IMG/VR virus record: IMGVR_UViG_3300036770_008730
Direction: 5' to 3' (one strand)
Origin: a virus
Lineage: Duplodnaviria; Caudoviricetes
Length of the DNA stretch: 64,000 nt
Positions within the stretch are counted from its first letter, which is position 1. Each line of letters begins with the position of its first letter. Below the pieces are notes generated by a model that was not told where the DNA came from, did not search any database, and worked only from the letters and a program-made list of their open reading frames with translations. This document shows positions 1 to 9,269 of the stretch, in pieces. The position numbers and the translations under genes are program-made.

Positions 1-309
1 TCAGTTTTAACAAATCCTGATACTTATACATACATCGGCACTTGTATTGAAGGTCAATATAAACATGGTAAGAAATCTCATATCACAAAAGATGCTCAAT
101 CTGTTAAAGTATTCGATTTTATGTTGAATAGACTTAAAACAAATAACTTACCTGACTTTTTAGAAGTTTGGCACGAAGGTCATTGTGGTAAATGTGGTCG
201 TAGATTGACTGTTCCAAGTTCTATCGAGAATGGATTGGGACCAGAATGTATAAAAACTCTTAGTCTAGCAGACAAAAGAGATAAATTCTTAGAAGTGATT
301 TTAGCATGA
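1..309 (+). CDS. 5'-truncated Zn-ribbon protein (DUF6011-like)
   Basis: Frame is open from base 1. C-terminal GHCGKCGRRLTVPSSIENGLGPEC motif. Confidence 0.6.
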   Translation, partial: SVLTNPDTYTYIGTCIEGQYKHGKKSHITKDAQSVKVFDFMLNRLKTNNLPDFLEVWHEGHCGKCGRRLTVPSSIENGLGPECIKTLSLADKRDKFLEVILA

Positions 310-755
310 TAAAAGTAATATTATCGTTAATTAATATAATACTTCTTTTTGTAACTCTCTTTCGATTCAAAAGAGATATGAGGTGGCAACTAAGGTCTGG
401 CGCAAATTGTTATAATTGTAAAGAACCAATTGATAATGAAAATTCAAAAAGGTCTTTTTTAGATGAAGATTTTAGATTATGCCAACCCTGTGAAAGAGAA
501 AGAAAAATAAAAATTGTAAAAAATAAGTTTTCTATTGACACTATTTATATTAAAAAATATTTCTTATCGAAAAAGTTTCACAATGTTCAGTGGTATATGA
601 TATTTTTTATGATGGTCCTTTTATCAGTTGATTTGTTTGTCTCTATCAATTATAATTCAAATTTAGTTGGATATATTAGCACTAGCTTCAATACCATTTT
701 TTATATACTTTGGATTTACTCGGTCAATTTAGCCAGAAAACCAAAAGGTAAATAA
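306..755 (+). CDS. Membrane protein with CxxC...CxxC Zn finger
   Basis: N-terminal TM segment, CYNC/CQPC pairs, two C-terminal hydrophobic segments. Confidence 0.6.
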   Translation: MIKVILSLINIILLFVTLFRFKRDMRWQLRSGANCYNCKEPIDNENSKRSFLDEDFRLCQPCERERKIKIVKNKFSIDTIYIKKYFLSKKFHNVQWYMIFFMMVLLSVDLFVSINYNSNLVGYISTSFNTIFYILWIYSVNLARKPKGK

Positions 756-756
756 A

Positions 757-783
757 AAACCCTCTATTTTTAGTAGAGGGTTT
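757..783. terminator. Intrinsic terminator between convergent genes
   Basis: AAACCCTCTA/TAGAGGGTTT inverted repeat with an upstream A-tract (U-tract on the minus strand). Confidence 0.7.
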
Positions 784-833
784 AGGGCCGACTTCTCGGG
801 ATCCACCACTTTGTTTTTTGAAAACAAAGAAAA

Positions 834-1037
834 TTACTTTACCTTTTCTATATATTTTATTATTCCACGAACAAAAAGTTCTTTAATTACCGACTCACAA
901 GTGTAAGTTTTATCAAAATAAAATTCTATGTTATCTCTAATATTTTCTAATCCTGCGTTATATAGTGTGTCAATTGCATAATTTTTAACATCTATATTTC
1001 TTTCAGAAAGAATTTCTTTTATTTTGTGTTTCATCAT
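834..1037 (-). CDS. Hypothetical protein
   Basis: 67-aa ORF directly downstream of uvsX on the same strand. Confidence 0.55.
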   Translation of the reverse strand: MMKHKIKEILSERNIDVKNYAIDTLYNAGLENIRDNIEFYFDKTYTCESVIKELFVRGIIKYIEKVK

Positions 1038-1051
1038 ATAGAAAATTAATT

Positions 1052-2278
1052 TTATTTGAATATATCGTCTGCGTCTGCTGAATCAACAAATCCATTTGAT
1101 TCATCATCGTCTCCTATCATTTGATTGAATTCATTTTCTACTTTATCCATTTCATCAATTGATTTGAATCTAAAATAATCATTTACAATTGGCGCCATTC
1201 TCTCAAGTACTTCTTGTGTGAAGACTTCGGAATTAAATAATTGCTTAGTAGTTAATGATTTATTTAAGTGTCTAACAAACCATCTGTTTCCGCCTGGAAC
1301 GAATTTAATTTCACCAGTTGACTTATCAACATCTTCTTTACCTTGAGCAATTCCAATTTGATTAAAATATTCTGGTCTACAGAAGGCATCTAAACCAGTA
1401 TATGGATTAAGACCATTTAAGAAAGAGATATCAAATCTTATTTTTTTAGGCTTTGCTAAACGATTCTTTTGAGTTTTGAAGAGAACTGAGATACCTGATT
1501 GACCTAAGTCCATATCGTCTTCTTCTCCTGTTTTTAATTTAGATTTAGAAAGGAATCCTAAAACTGATGCTGAATAAACAAGACCCATGCCACCTTTACT
1601 GATTTCCTTAGGGAATAAATCTTGTGTCAAATAGGTATGGTTGCAACAGATCATTGGAATATCAAGGTATCCGAGGTCAGAGCTTATACTTCTGAATAAA
1701 GCATTAAGCTGTTTAGCTCTAGTCATATCTTGTTTTATATCACCTTTTAATAAATCTGCTTTTTCTTTATTAGATGACATCATGCCGATTGAATCTAAAA
1801 CTATTAGAATTTTAGGAATTTCAAAACCACCCAGTTTAGCTTCTTTTAATTCATCTAATAATTGGGTTAAGGAAATATTGATATCTTCAACTTTATTAGA
1901 CCTAATTAGTCTGAATTTGTTAGGATCATTATCTATACCCATTTTGGTTATTCCTTCTAAATCAATTGAATTTTCAGTATCTATATAAATAACAGAGTAA
2001 CCATCTTTTTGAGATGATTTACATATTGAGTAAGCAATAAATGATTTACCAGCTCCTGATTCTCCTAATAGACCGAAAATACGACCTGCTAAGATTCCAC
2101 CGCCAACTAATTTAGCTGATAAGGCAGCGTCTAATAAATAAACACCGGTTGATATGTAGCTTCTTTCTTTAATTTCTTTTTCTATTTGAATTGGAACTGA
2201 TTTTGCTATGTTATCCAAAATAGTTCCTACTTTACTGAATTCAAATTTTTTTGAATCTTTTGATGTAGTCTTTGCCAT
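1052..2278 (-). CDS. uvsX: RecA/UvsX-like recombinase
   Basis: Walker A GESGAGKS, YIDTENS, IVLDSIG, KNR motif; T4 UvsX-like layout. Confidence 0.92.
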   Translation of the reverse strand: MAKTTSKDSKKFEFSKVGTILDNIAKSVPIQIEKEIKERSYISTGVYLLDAALSAKLVGGGILAGRIFGLLGESGAGKSFIAYSICKSSQKDGYSVIYIDTENSIDLEGITKMGIDNDPNKFRLIRSNKVEDINISLTQLLDELKEAKLGGFEIPKILIVLDSIGMMSSNKEKADLLKGDIKQDMTRAKQLNALFRSISSDLGYLDIPMICCNHTYLTQDLFPKEISKGGMGLVYSASVLGFLSKSKLKTGEEDDMDLGQSGISVLFKTQKNRLAKPKKIRFDISFLNGLNPYTGLDAFCRPEYFNQIGIAQGKEDVDKSTGEIKFVPGGNRWFVRHLNKSLTTKQLFNSEVFTQEVLERMAPIVNDYFRFKSIDEMDKVENEFNQMIGDDDESNGFVDSADADDIFK

Positions 2279-2392
2279 TGTAATTATTATTTTTTATACT
2301 TTATATATTAAAAATAGACCTCCTGTTTTATAATTGTGAATAATTTTTATCATAAATATCAAATGGTAGAACTAAAATTAATATATACTATT

Positions 2393-3457
2393 ATGAAAAA
2401 ACAATCATTTTTGGAAAAAGCGAGAAATAAACACGGTTATCGTTATGAGTATATTGATTTGCCTGATATAGTTATGCAAAAAGACCTTATAAAAGTAAAA
2501 TATAATGATTCAATTTATGAGCAAAGAGTATTGAAGCATTTGAAAGGTAGTAGGCCTGAGAAAAAAACCGTAAATAAGACCACTGAAGAATTTATAAGAG
2601 AGTCTGTGAAAGTTTGGGGAAATAAGTATGATTATTCTTTAGTTGATTATAAAAATGCAAAAACTAAAGTAAAAATAATATATGATAGCATAGTCTATGA
2701 GCAACTTCCAAACTCACATTTGATTGGATGTCCAGTCGAGGGATATTTAGATCAAGAAGTTTTTATACAAAAGTCCATAAAAAAGTGGAAAAACAAATAT
2801 GGCTACTCTTTAGTAGAATTTGTAAATGCTAATACTAAAGTAAAAATTATTTTTAATGATAAGATATATGAACAAACACCACATAATCATTTAAAATATG
2901 CTCCTGAAAAAAGATTAAATAAAAAAAGCACTGAAGAATTCATAGTTATGTCTAAGGAAATTCATGATAATAAATATACTTATGAAAAGACAAATTACGT
3001 TTCAGATAGAGCAAAAGTTATAATAACATGTCCACTGCATGGAGAATTTGAACAATCATGTAATGCTCACCTCAGAGGTCAAGGTTGTCCTAGTTGTAAA
3101 GAGTCAAGAGGTGAGAAGATAATTTCTTCATTTTTGAATAAATATGATATAAATTTTGTTAGGCAAAAAACATTTCCTGATTGCAAAGATGAAAGTCACC
3201 TTAGGTTTGACTTTTATTTACCAAGTGCTCGGACTTGTATTGAGTTTGATGGTATTCAACATTTTCAACCATTGAAATGCTTTGGTGGTCATGTATCTTA
3301 CTTTAAATTAAAAAATAGAGACAAAATCAAAAACGATTATTGTGAGGATAATTACATCAATTTAGTTAGAATCAGGTATGACCAGATAGATGATATTTAT
3401 CAGATTTTGTGGGAGAATTTAAAGAATTGGATAAAAGTTAGCAATAAGGTCAACTAA
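2393..3457 (+). CDS. Free-standing homing-type endonuclease (repeat DNA-binding units + PD-(D/E)xK nuclease)
   Basis: Three to four KYDYSLVxYxNxxTKVKII repeats, CPLHG...GCPSC Zn site, RFDFYLP...IEFDGIQHF nuclease core. Start moved to the ATG behind the AATATATA box. Confidence 0.8.
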   Translation: MKKQSFLEKARNKHGYRYEYIDLPDIVMQKDLIKVKYNDSIYEQRVLKHLKGSRPEKKTVNKTTEEFIRESVKVWGNKYDYSLVDYKNAKTKVKIIYDSIVYEQLPNSHLIGCPVEGYLDQEVFIQKSIKKWKNKYGYSLVEFVNANTKVKIIFNDKIYEQTPHNHLKYAPEKRLNKKSTEEFIVMSKEIHDNKYTYEKTNYVSDRAKVIITCPLHGEFEQSCNAHLRGQGCPSCKESRGEKIISSFLNKYDINFVRQKTFPDCKDESHLRFDFYLPSARTCIEFDGIQHFQPLKCFGGHVSYFKLKNRDKIKNDYCEDNYINLVRIRYDQIDDIYQILWENLKNWIKVSNKVN

Positions 3458-4042
3458 TTTATCCATTAATATTCCTATATTTTCCCTGGTTTCATAATTT
3501 ATTTCAAATGATTCTTTTAGGTATTTTGATAGAAATTCTACTTGTTTGAAATCTCTGTTATCTAGTGCTATATCAATTAGGTCATTGATTTCTCTTTTGG
3601 ACATATTTTCATAGTCTAATTCTTTGAGTTGTTTCCATTCTTCGCCTTCGGAATCCATTTGTTTTTTCATATCTTGAAGAAAATCTATTAGGAAGTGTAT
3701 TGATTTTTCTACACCTTCTTGAAATGATTTATCTATGAATATTGGTCGATTGGTTTTAAGAGTTTTATCGAATTTTTCGAGAATTACTCCTTTGAATTGT
3801 TCTGATAGAGATGGATGGTTATTTACTGATCCGGCAAACATTTCGAATAGAGTGTCGATTAGGTAGTCAGCCCCTTGTTCTAGTTTTTGTTTGTTATTAA
3901 CTATTCTTACCATTTTTTCTACTATGAATACTGGTTCGAGGCTTTTTACAATAGATTTTTTAATCGCCTCGACGCTTGCTTTGAATTCGTCATCGTTGTT
4001 TATGTTTTCTAGAAATAATTTCCAGTTTAATATTTTTTTCAT
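3419..4042 (-). CDS. Hypothetical protein with capsid-targeting-like leader (MKKILNWKLFLE)
   Basis: Leader motif; start moved to the second Met. Confidence 0.6.
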   Translation of the reverse strand: MKKILNWKLFLENINNDDEFKASVEAIKKSIVKSLEPVFIVEKMVRIVNNKQKLEQGADYLIDTLFEMFAGSVNNHPSLSEQFKGVILEKFDKTLKTNRPIFIDKSFQEGVEKSIHFLIDFLQDMKKQMDSEGEEWKQLKELDYENMSKREINDLIDIALDNRDFKQVEFLSKYLKESFEINYETRENIGILMDKLVDLIANFYPIL

Positions 4043-4084
4043 CTCTTTTTTATGGATTTTCATTTCAGATATGAATCATTGATT

Positions 4085-4753
4085 TTATTCCTTTTTTGGA
4101 TTAATCTTATAATAAAGAATAACTCCTAAAATTAAGATGTTAGTTGCGTAATTTAGTAATAAAGGTAAATCTAATTTATCATATACATATGCTAAGGCAA
4201 ACACTTCACCGAAAGTCCAAAGTAAAATGAATCCCCAAGAAATACCTTCAGAGTTTTTGTCTTTGTATGATTGCCAAGCTTGAGGTAATCCACATATTGC
4301 TAAACATATTGATCCTAACCAACCTAAGATTTCGAATATAGTCATTGATTTAACTTTATCTGTTATGGTGGATGCTGATACTTCTTCTAATTTATGTTCT
4401 GGTATTCTATACCCATATTTATCTTCAACATGGTTTATAAGTTTGTGAGATAGTTCTATTAATTTAGCGGAATCTTTATTTCCTAGATTAGTTTCAATTT
4501 CAAAAAGTATATTAGAAAGTTGTTCGTCATTGCTTTTAGTTTTTCTGATTGTTGAGATTTCTTTTACTTTATCTATTGTTTCTTTTGCATTTAATTTAGT
4601 CTCTGAAGATTGTTCAATTTGATTTGTATTAGATGCAATTGTTTGTTGAGGTTGTGATACTGCAAGAGTTGTTCCTAAGGCAGCTGTGGTTAGTGCTTTT
4701 CTGAGGTCAATTTCTTCATTGATGAAATCGTTATATCTTTTAACCTTTTGCAT
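4085..4753 (-). CDS. PQ-loop/SemiSWEET-like membrane transporter with N-terminal extension
   Basis: C-terminal ILGWLGSICLAICGLPQAWQSYKDKNSEGISW unit with three TM helices; leader MQKVKRYNDFINE. Confidence 0.75.
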   Translation of the reverse strand: MQKVKRYNDFINEEIDLRKALTTAALGTTLAVSQPQQTIASNTNQIEQSSETKLNAKETIDKVKEISTIRKTKSNDEQLSNILFEIETNLGNKDSAKLIELSHKLINHVEDKYGYRIPEHKLEEVSASTITDKVKSMTIFEILGWLGSICLAICGLPQAWQSYKDKNSEGISWGFILLWTFGEVFALAYVYDKLDLPLLLNYATNILILGVILYYKINPKKE

Positions 4754-4767
4754 TTCTAAAGTATATA

Positions 4768-5082
4768 TTAAAATTTATGTGGAAAAATACTTCTCCATTC
4801 ATGTCCTTGTGGAACATCTTTAGTTCTAACTCCGAATATCTTTTTTTCAGGACAAGTGTCTTTACCATCCATTAGGAAGTTATTATTACAAGCCCAAACT
4901 TCGGCAGTTCTATTTAGAATTTGACCAACTGAGAAGGGAAATCTCATTCCAGAGTTATTTTCAATGCTGGTGATTCTACCGTCAGGTGTTTTTGTTACGG
5001 TTATTTCAAGTCTTGAATTTCTTTTATGAGTGAATTTAACTTCTCTAAGATTTAGAGATTCAAAGTTTTTAAGATGTTTCAT
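4768..5082 (-). CDS. Hypothetical protein with MKHLKNFE leader
   Basis: Leader motif; start at the second Met. Confidence 0.6.
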   Translation of the reverse strand: MKHLKNFESLNLREVKFTHKRNSRLEITVTKTPDGRITSIENNSGMRFPFSVGQILNRTAEVWACNNNFLMDGKDTCPEKKIFGVRTKDVPQGHEWRSIFPHKF

Positions 5083-5519
5083 TTTATTACTCCCCAAATG
5101 GTATCAACATTTATATTGTAGTCAATTAGGATATTCTCAATCTCTTGAAAGTTGATATCATTATATCCTATTACATTTACAAGTCTATCACTATACCAGC
5201 CTTTAAATATATCCCAATTATCACAATAATCAAAATTACCATCTTCATTAGATGTTAAATATTCAACGGCATCATCTAGTGTTTCATGAACAGAAGTATA
5301 GCAACTATAATCTATATTGATCATCATATATTTTCCCATTTCGCCTGGATTTTCCCATGATGATATACTTTCTGAAAGTTCTATAAATAGGACCGAATAA
5401 ACACGGTTGATAGGTAACTTATCGACTTGTGGTGATAATTTAGATTTCATAAGAGCCAACTCTAAGGAATTTGCTTGCTGTGGACTTAGATTCTCATTAA
5501 AATTTTTCAAATGTTTCAT
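5079..5519 (-). CDS. Hypothetical protein with MKHLKNFNE leader
   Basis: Leader motif; AATATATA box 5 nt upstream of this ATG. Confidence 0.6.
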   Translation of the reverse strand: MKHLKNFNENLSPQQANSLELALMKSKLSPQVDKLPINRVYSVLFIELSESISSWENPGEMGKYMMINIDYSCYTSVHETLDDAVEYLTSNEDGNFDYCDNWDIFKGWYSDRLVNVIGYNDINFQEIENILIDYNINVDTIWGVIK

Positions 5520-5535
5520 AGTGTATATATTAAAA

Positions 5536-6408
5536 TTAAAGACAAGATAAATATCTTTCACCTCTATCACATAGTATAGTTATGATATTTCCATCCATAT
5601 CTGGATACTTTTCTAAAAGTCTTTCTGATGCTAATATATTGGCTCCTGAACTAATTCCAACAAATAGACCTTGTTCTTTAGCAAGTCTTTTAGCTCTCGC
5701 TTTAGCTTCTTCAGTTGAAATAATTATAATATCATCAACTTCTTTTAAATCTACTAAAAACTTGGATCCATCTCCAATACCTTGTATTCCGTGAAGACCA
5801 GGTAATCCACCAGACATAACAGGTGATTCAGCTGGTTCAACCGCCACTGTCTTCATATTATGGTTATACCACTTTAAAACACGAGAAGTACCCATAAGAG
5901 TACCTCCTGTTCCTGTTCCATCAACAAATGCAGCAATTCTGTTTGTATGTTGGTGTAAAATCTCAACAGCTGTTCCTTTTTCATGCGCTTCAATATTTAA
6001 AGGATTACTAAATTGTTTAGGATTAAAATATCCATTTTCCTCAGCTAATTTGTCTCTAAGTGCAATAGCCTCATCAAATTTACCATCTTCTACTTCAATT
6101 AGTTCAGCACCATATAATCTTAACATTTGTTTACGTTCTTCAGACATATTTCTTGGCATAACTATAATACATTTATATCCTCTTTCTGCTGCTAAGAAAG
6201 CAAAGGCAATTCCAGAGTTTCCAGATGTCGCTTCAATAATTGTATCACCTTTTCCAATAAGATTATTCTTCTCGGCGTTATTAATTATATAGGAAGCCAT
6301 TCTGTCTTTTATTGATCCGCTTGGATTTTGTCCTTCGAACTTTGCAAATATTCTATCTGATATTTTTATTAACGGGGTGTTGCCTACTTGATTGGAGAGT
6401 TGTTTCAT
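5536..6408 (-). CDS. cysK: Cysteine synthase (PLP-dependent, CysK/CysM family)
   Basis: KFEGQNPSGSIKDR (PLP lysine), EATSGNSG, GTGTGGT, QGIG, GISSGAN, DRGERYLS. Confidence 0.93.
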   Translation of the reverse strand: MKQLSNQVGNTPLIKISDRIFAKFEGQNPSGSIKDRMASYIINNAEKNNLIGKGDTIIEATSGNSGIAFAFLAAERGYKCIIVMPRNMSEERKQMLRLYGAELIEVEDGKFDEAIALRDKLAEENGYFNPKQFSNPLNIEAHEKGTAVEILHQHTNRIAAFVDGTGTGGTLMGTSRVLKWYNHNMKTVAVEPAESPVMSGGLPGLHGIQGIGDGSKFLVDLKEVDDIIIISTEEAKARAKRLAKEQGLFVGISSGANILASERLLEKYPDMDGNIITILCDRGERYLSCL

Positions 6409-6492
6409 AAAGAGATTTATTTTGTAATTTATATATTAAAATGGTTTATTTTGACGGATAAAATTCGTAAATTTGTATATAATATTTTAGAT

Positions 6493-7071
6493 ATGGACAT
6501 TTGGTTTATTTCAGATACGCATTATGGGCACACAAACATTACCGGGTCTGATATTTCTCGTTGGAAAAGTGGATATAGAAACTTCAAAACACTTCATCAA
6601 ATGAATAAGGTTTTGGTAGATGGTATAAACAAATATGTCAAAGAAGATGATGTGCTTTATCATTTAGGTGATTGGAGTTTTGGAGGAGTTGATAACATAA
6701 AATTATTTAGAGATAGTTTGATATGTCAAAATATACACTTGATTAGAGGAAATCATGATGATAACATAGAAGGGTCTCAGATTGATTTATTTTCATCTGT
6801 TCAAGATGTACTAACTTTGAAAATTGGTAAAATGACTATTTTCCTTTCTCACTATTCACATCGTGTGTGGTTAGGTAGTCATAAAGGTGTTATTCATTTA
6901 TATGGACACAGTCATGGTTCAATTCCGGATATTGGAAAGTCAATGGATGTTGGTGTGGATGTTGCTTATAAAATGTTTGGTGAATATCGACCCTTTAATA
7001 TATCAGATATAAATAGAATTATGGAAAAGAGAGAAATACATAAAATTGATAGTCATGTTAGAGAAGAATAA
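6493..7071 (+). CDS. Calcineurin-like metallophosphoesterase
   Basis: SDTHYGH, HLGD, GNHD, HGHSH motifs. Confidence 0.88.
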   Translation: MDIWFISDTHYGHTNITGSDISRWKSGYRNFKTLHQMNKVLVDGINKYVKEDDVLYHLGDWSFGGVDNIKLFRDSLICQNIHLIRGNHDDNIEGSQIDLFSSVQDVLTLKIGKMTIFLSHYSHRVWLGSHKGVIHLYGHSHGSIPDIGKSMDVGVDVAYKMFGEYRPFNISDINRIMEKREIHKIDSHVREE

Positions 7072-7228
7072 TATAGTAAGTAAATTAGGTAAATCTAATT
7101 TGAAAATGTTAATAAATTCAATTTATGGTTCAATTCCAGGTGCTGATAATTTATGGCATAATATGTATAAAAAATATACTAGAACTGAATTTAGAAAACA
7201 AAAAATTAAAAACATTTTAAATGATTGA
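7055..7228 (+). CDS. Small protein with PolB motif-B-like segment and RxxKIxxIL tail
   Basis: KMLINSIYG followed by RKQKIKNIL; ORF overlaps both neighbours. Confidence 0.55.
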   Translation: MLEKNNIVSKLGKSNLKMLINSIYGSIPGADNLWHNMYKKYTRTEFRKQKIKNILND

Positions 7229-7844
7229 TATTTTTGATAAAAATAATATAGACCTAAGTAATATCATTTGTCATAGTGGTGGTGCTGTTGGTGCTGATAC
7301 TTATTGGGAAGAGATTGGTGAAAAGTTTGGAGTAAAGACAAGTGCTTATTCTTATAAGACTAAATATCACACTTCTGTAAATAAAGTTGAGATTAGTAAT
7401 GAAGATTTTATTGAAGGTATAGAGCAAGTTAATAAGGCAAATCTTAATCTTAAACGATATGGTATTCATAAGTTTATTAATTTACTTGCCCGAAATTGGG
7501 CACAGGTAAAATACTCAGAACAGATATTTGCTATTGGAACATTTTTAAAACCCGGTGAAAAAGATTCAAAGGGCTATGTTAATAAAGGAACTATTGATGT
7601 TGTTTCTGGTGGGACTGGATATGCTGTAATGATGGGTATTAATAATGAAAAAGAAGTATTTCTTTTTGACCAGGTTAGAGATTCTTGGTATAGATGGTCT
7701 TATACTTCAAATTCTTTTGTGGTATTGAAAAATTGTCCAAAAATTACTAAACAGAATTTTGCTGGAATTGGCACTAGAGAAATAAAACAAAATGGTATAG
7801 AACAGATAGAAAAGGTTTACGGACTTACTTTTAACAATGAGTGA
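7221..7844 (+). CDS. SLOG/YspA-like Rossmannoid protein
   Basis: HSGGAVGAD, GGTGYAV and FAGIGTR motifs. Confidence 0.55.
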   Translation: MIDIFDKNNIDLSNIICHSGGAVGADTYWEEIGEKFGVKTSAYSYKTKYHTSVNKVEISNEDFIEGIEQVNKANLNLKRYGIHKFINLLARNWAQVKYSEQIFAIGTFLKPGEKDSKGYVNKGTIDVVSGGTGYAVMMGINNEKEVFLFDQVRDSWYRWSYTSNSFVVLKNCPKITKQNFAGIGTREIKQNGIEQIEKVYGLTFNNE

Positions 7845-8118
7845 TTATTTTATAAAATATAAAAATTTAGCAATTTATGCTGAGGAGTCTCGCAAATTAG
7901 TGAGAAGAAATTACAAATGTCAAGTAGTTGCCACAGAGGCTGATACTTTATTTGATAAATATAAAACTAAGAATCCATATGCTCAATGTCGTAAATTAAC
8001 TATTGAAAGTGTTGAGAATTTGCTTCCGGTAAATCTAAAATTAGGCTTACTTGAACTGCCTGAAGTTCAAGCTTTAATCAGAGAAGATAAAATAAATAAG
8101 ATTATAGAAAATGATTAA
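7837..8118 (+). CDS. Hypothetical protein (RxxKIxxII tail)
   Basis: Overlapping operon ORF ending REDKINKII. Confidence 0.55.
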   Translation: MSDYFIKYKNLAIYAEESRKLVRRNYKCQVVATEADTLFDKYKTKNPYAQCRKLTIESVENLLPVNLKLGLLELPEVQALIREDKINKIIEND

Positions 8119-8590
8119 TATAAAAAAATGGTTTAGTTATGACCCCTTTGAGTGGAAAGTAAAAGTTTCAGCAGGTGTTATAATTATTTTAAGGAATGAA
8201 AAGATACTACTTTGTCATCCAACTGGTCATCCATGGAATGATAGTTATTCTTTTCCAAAGGGTGGAGTTGATGATGGTGAGTCGAATATTGATGCAGCAA
8301 TAAGAGAATTAAAAGAGGAGACTTCTTTAGTTATTGATGAGTCTCAAATTGATAATATAAATAGACCAATAATCGTAAATTATAGAAATAAAAAAGGTCG
8401 TAAATATAAAAAGGTTATTTTATATACGGTGAGAATTTCTTCGATATCAGAGGTCGGACTTGACAGAGATATTATAGAAAGAGAAAGATTACAACTTGAT
8501 GAAGTTGATTGGTGTGGATTTCTAACTAAACAAGATGCTCATCCAAAGATATTTCATCGATTTGCTCACTTACTTGATTTAATAAAATGA
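8111..8590 (+). CDS. Nudix hydrolase
   Basis: Nudix box GGVDDGESNIDAAIRELKEETS. Confidence 0.9.
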   Translation: MINIKKWFSYDPFEWKVKVSAGVIIILRNEKILLCHPTGHPWNDSYSFPKGGVDDGESNIDAAIRELKEETSLVIDESQIDNINRPIIVNYRNKKGRKYKKVILYTVRISSISEVGLDRDIIERERLQLDEVDWCGFLTKQDAHPKIFHRFAHLLDLIK

Positions 8591-8919
8591 AAAATGAATT
8601 AGATTTATCAAATCCTATATTTGTAATCTATGTAAATACACAGATTGCAACAGAACCTTCTAAATACTTAAATGAGGTTAAGAGTATGTTTGATATTTAT
8701 AATAATGTGACATTTTGGATAGTTTCTTCTGATGAAAATAGAATTGAGTGTGTTTGGGATGCTAAAGAGGGAGATAAAATTGAAGAACAAAAAAGACTAT
8801 TAAATGAGATAAATGCGAAAGTTAAATTATTTTCCGAGTCTAAAAATATCGAAGAGTTCAAAATGAACTTTAGAAACTGGACAATAGATGAATTAGTGTA
8901 TGGCGATAAAGAAGAATAA
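8587..8919 (+). CDS. Hypothetical protein
   Basis: Operon-coupled ORF. Confidence 0.55.
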   Translation: MKNELDLSNPIFVIYVNTQIATEPSKYLNEVKSMFDIYNNVTFWIVSSDENRIECVWDAKEGDKIEEQKRLLNEINAKVKLFSESKNIEEFKMNFRNWTIDELVYGDKEE

Positions 8920-9265
8920 AATAGAATTATTAGATATTCAGTTTTTGAAAACTGAAATGGAAAATTACTATAATCATATAGAATCTCTATATGATGATTT
9001 CTATTATTATGACCTCTGTGATTACTATTGTGAATGTGATGATTGTATGTCAACTTACACTTATTTATCAACACAGAAATCAAATTTAATTTATCGAGTT
9101 GGTAGAAAGCAAATGCGTTTTGTAGGTGAACCAATACTTGGTCAAATGATTGATATGAAATCTTTTTATCCAAAGGATGTTATTAGACAACTTAGAATAG
9201 ATTATTTACTTGGAATAAAAAATGAATTTACTAAACCAACGATAGGGGATATTTTTAATAAATAG
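8900..9265 (+). CDS. Hypothetical protein, Cys/Tyr/Asp-rich patch
   Basis: Operon-coupled ORF; CDYYCECDDC; RQLRIDYLL. Confidence 0.55.
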   Translation: MAIKKNKIELLDIQFLKTEMENYYNHIESLYDDFYYYDLCDYYCECDDCMSTYTYLSTQKSNLIYRVGRKQMRFVGEPILGQMIDMKSFYPKDVIRQLRIDYLLGIKNEFTKPTIGDIFNK

Positions 9266-9269
9266 TGTT

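Noticed and set aside
1641-1988. Antisense ORFs within uvsX (likewise those within cysK, the UVR gene, the gp46-like gene and the primase-like gene)
   Set aside because: Fully overlap well-supported genes on the other strand and show no motifs.
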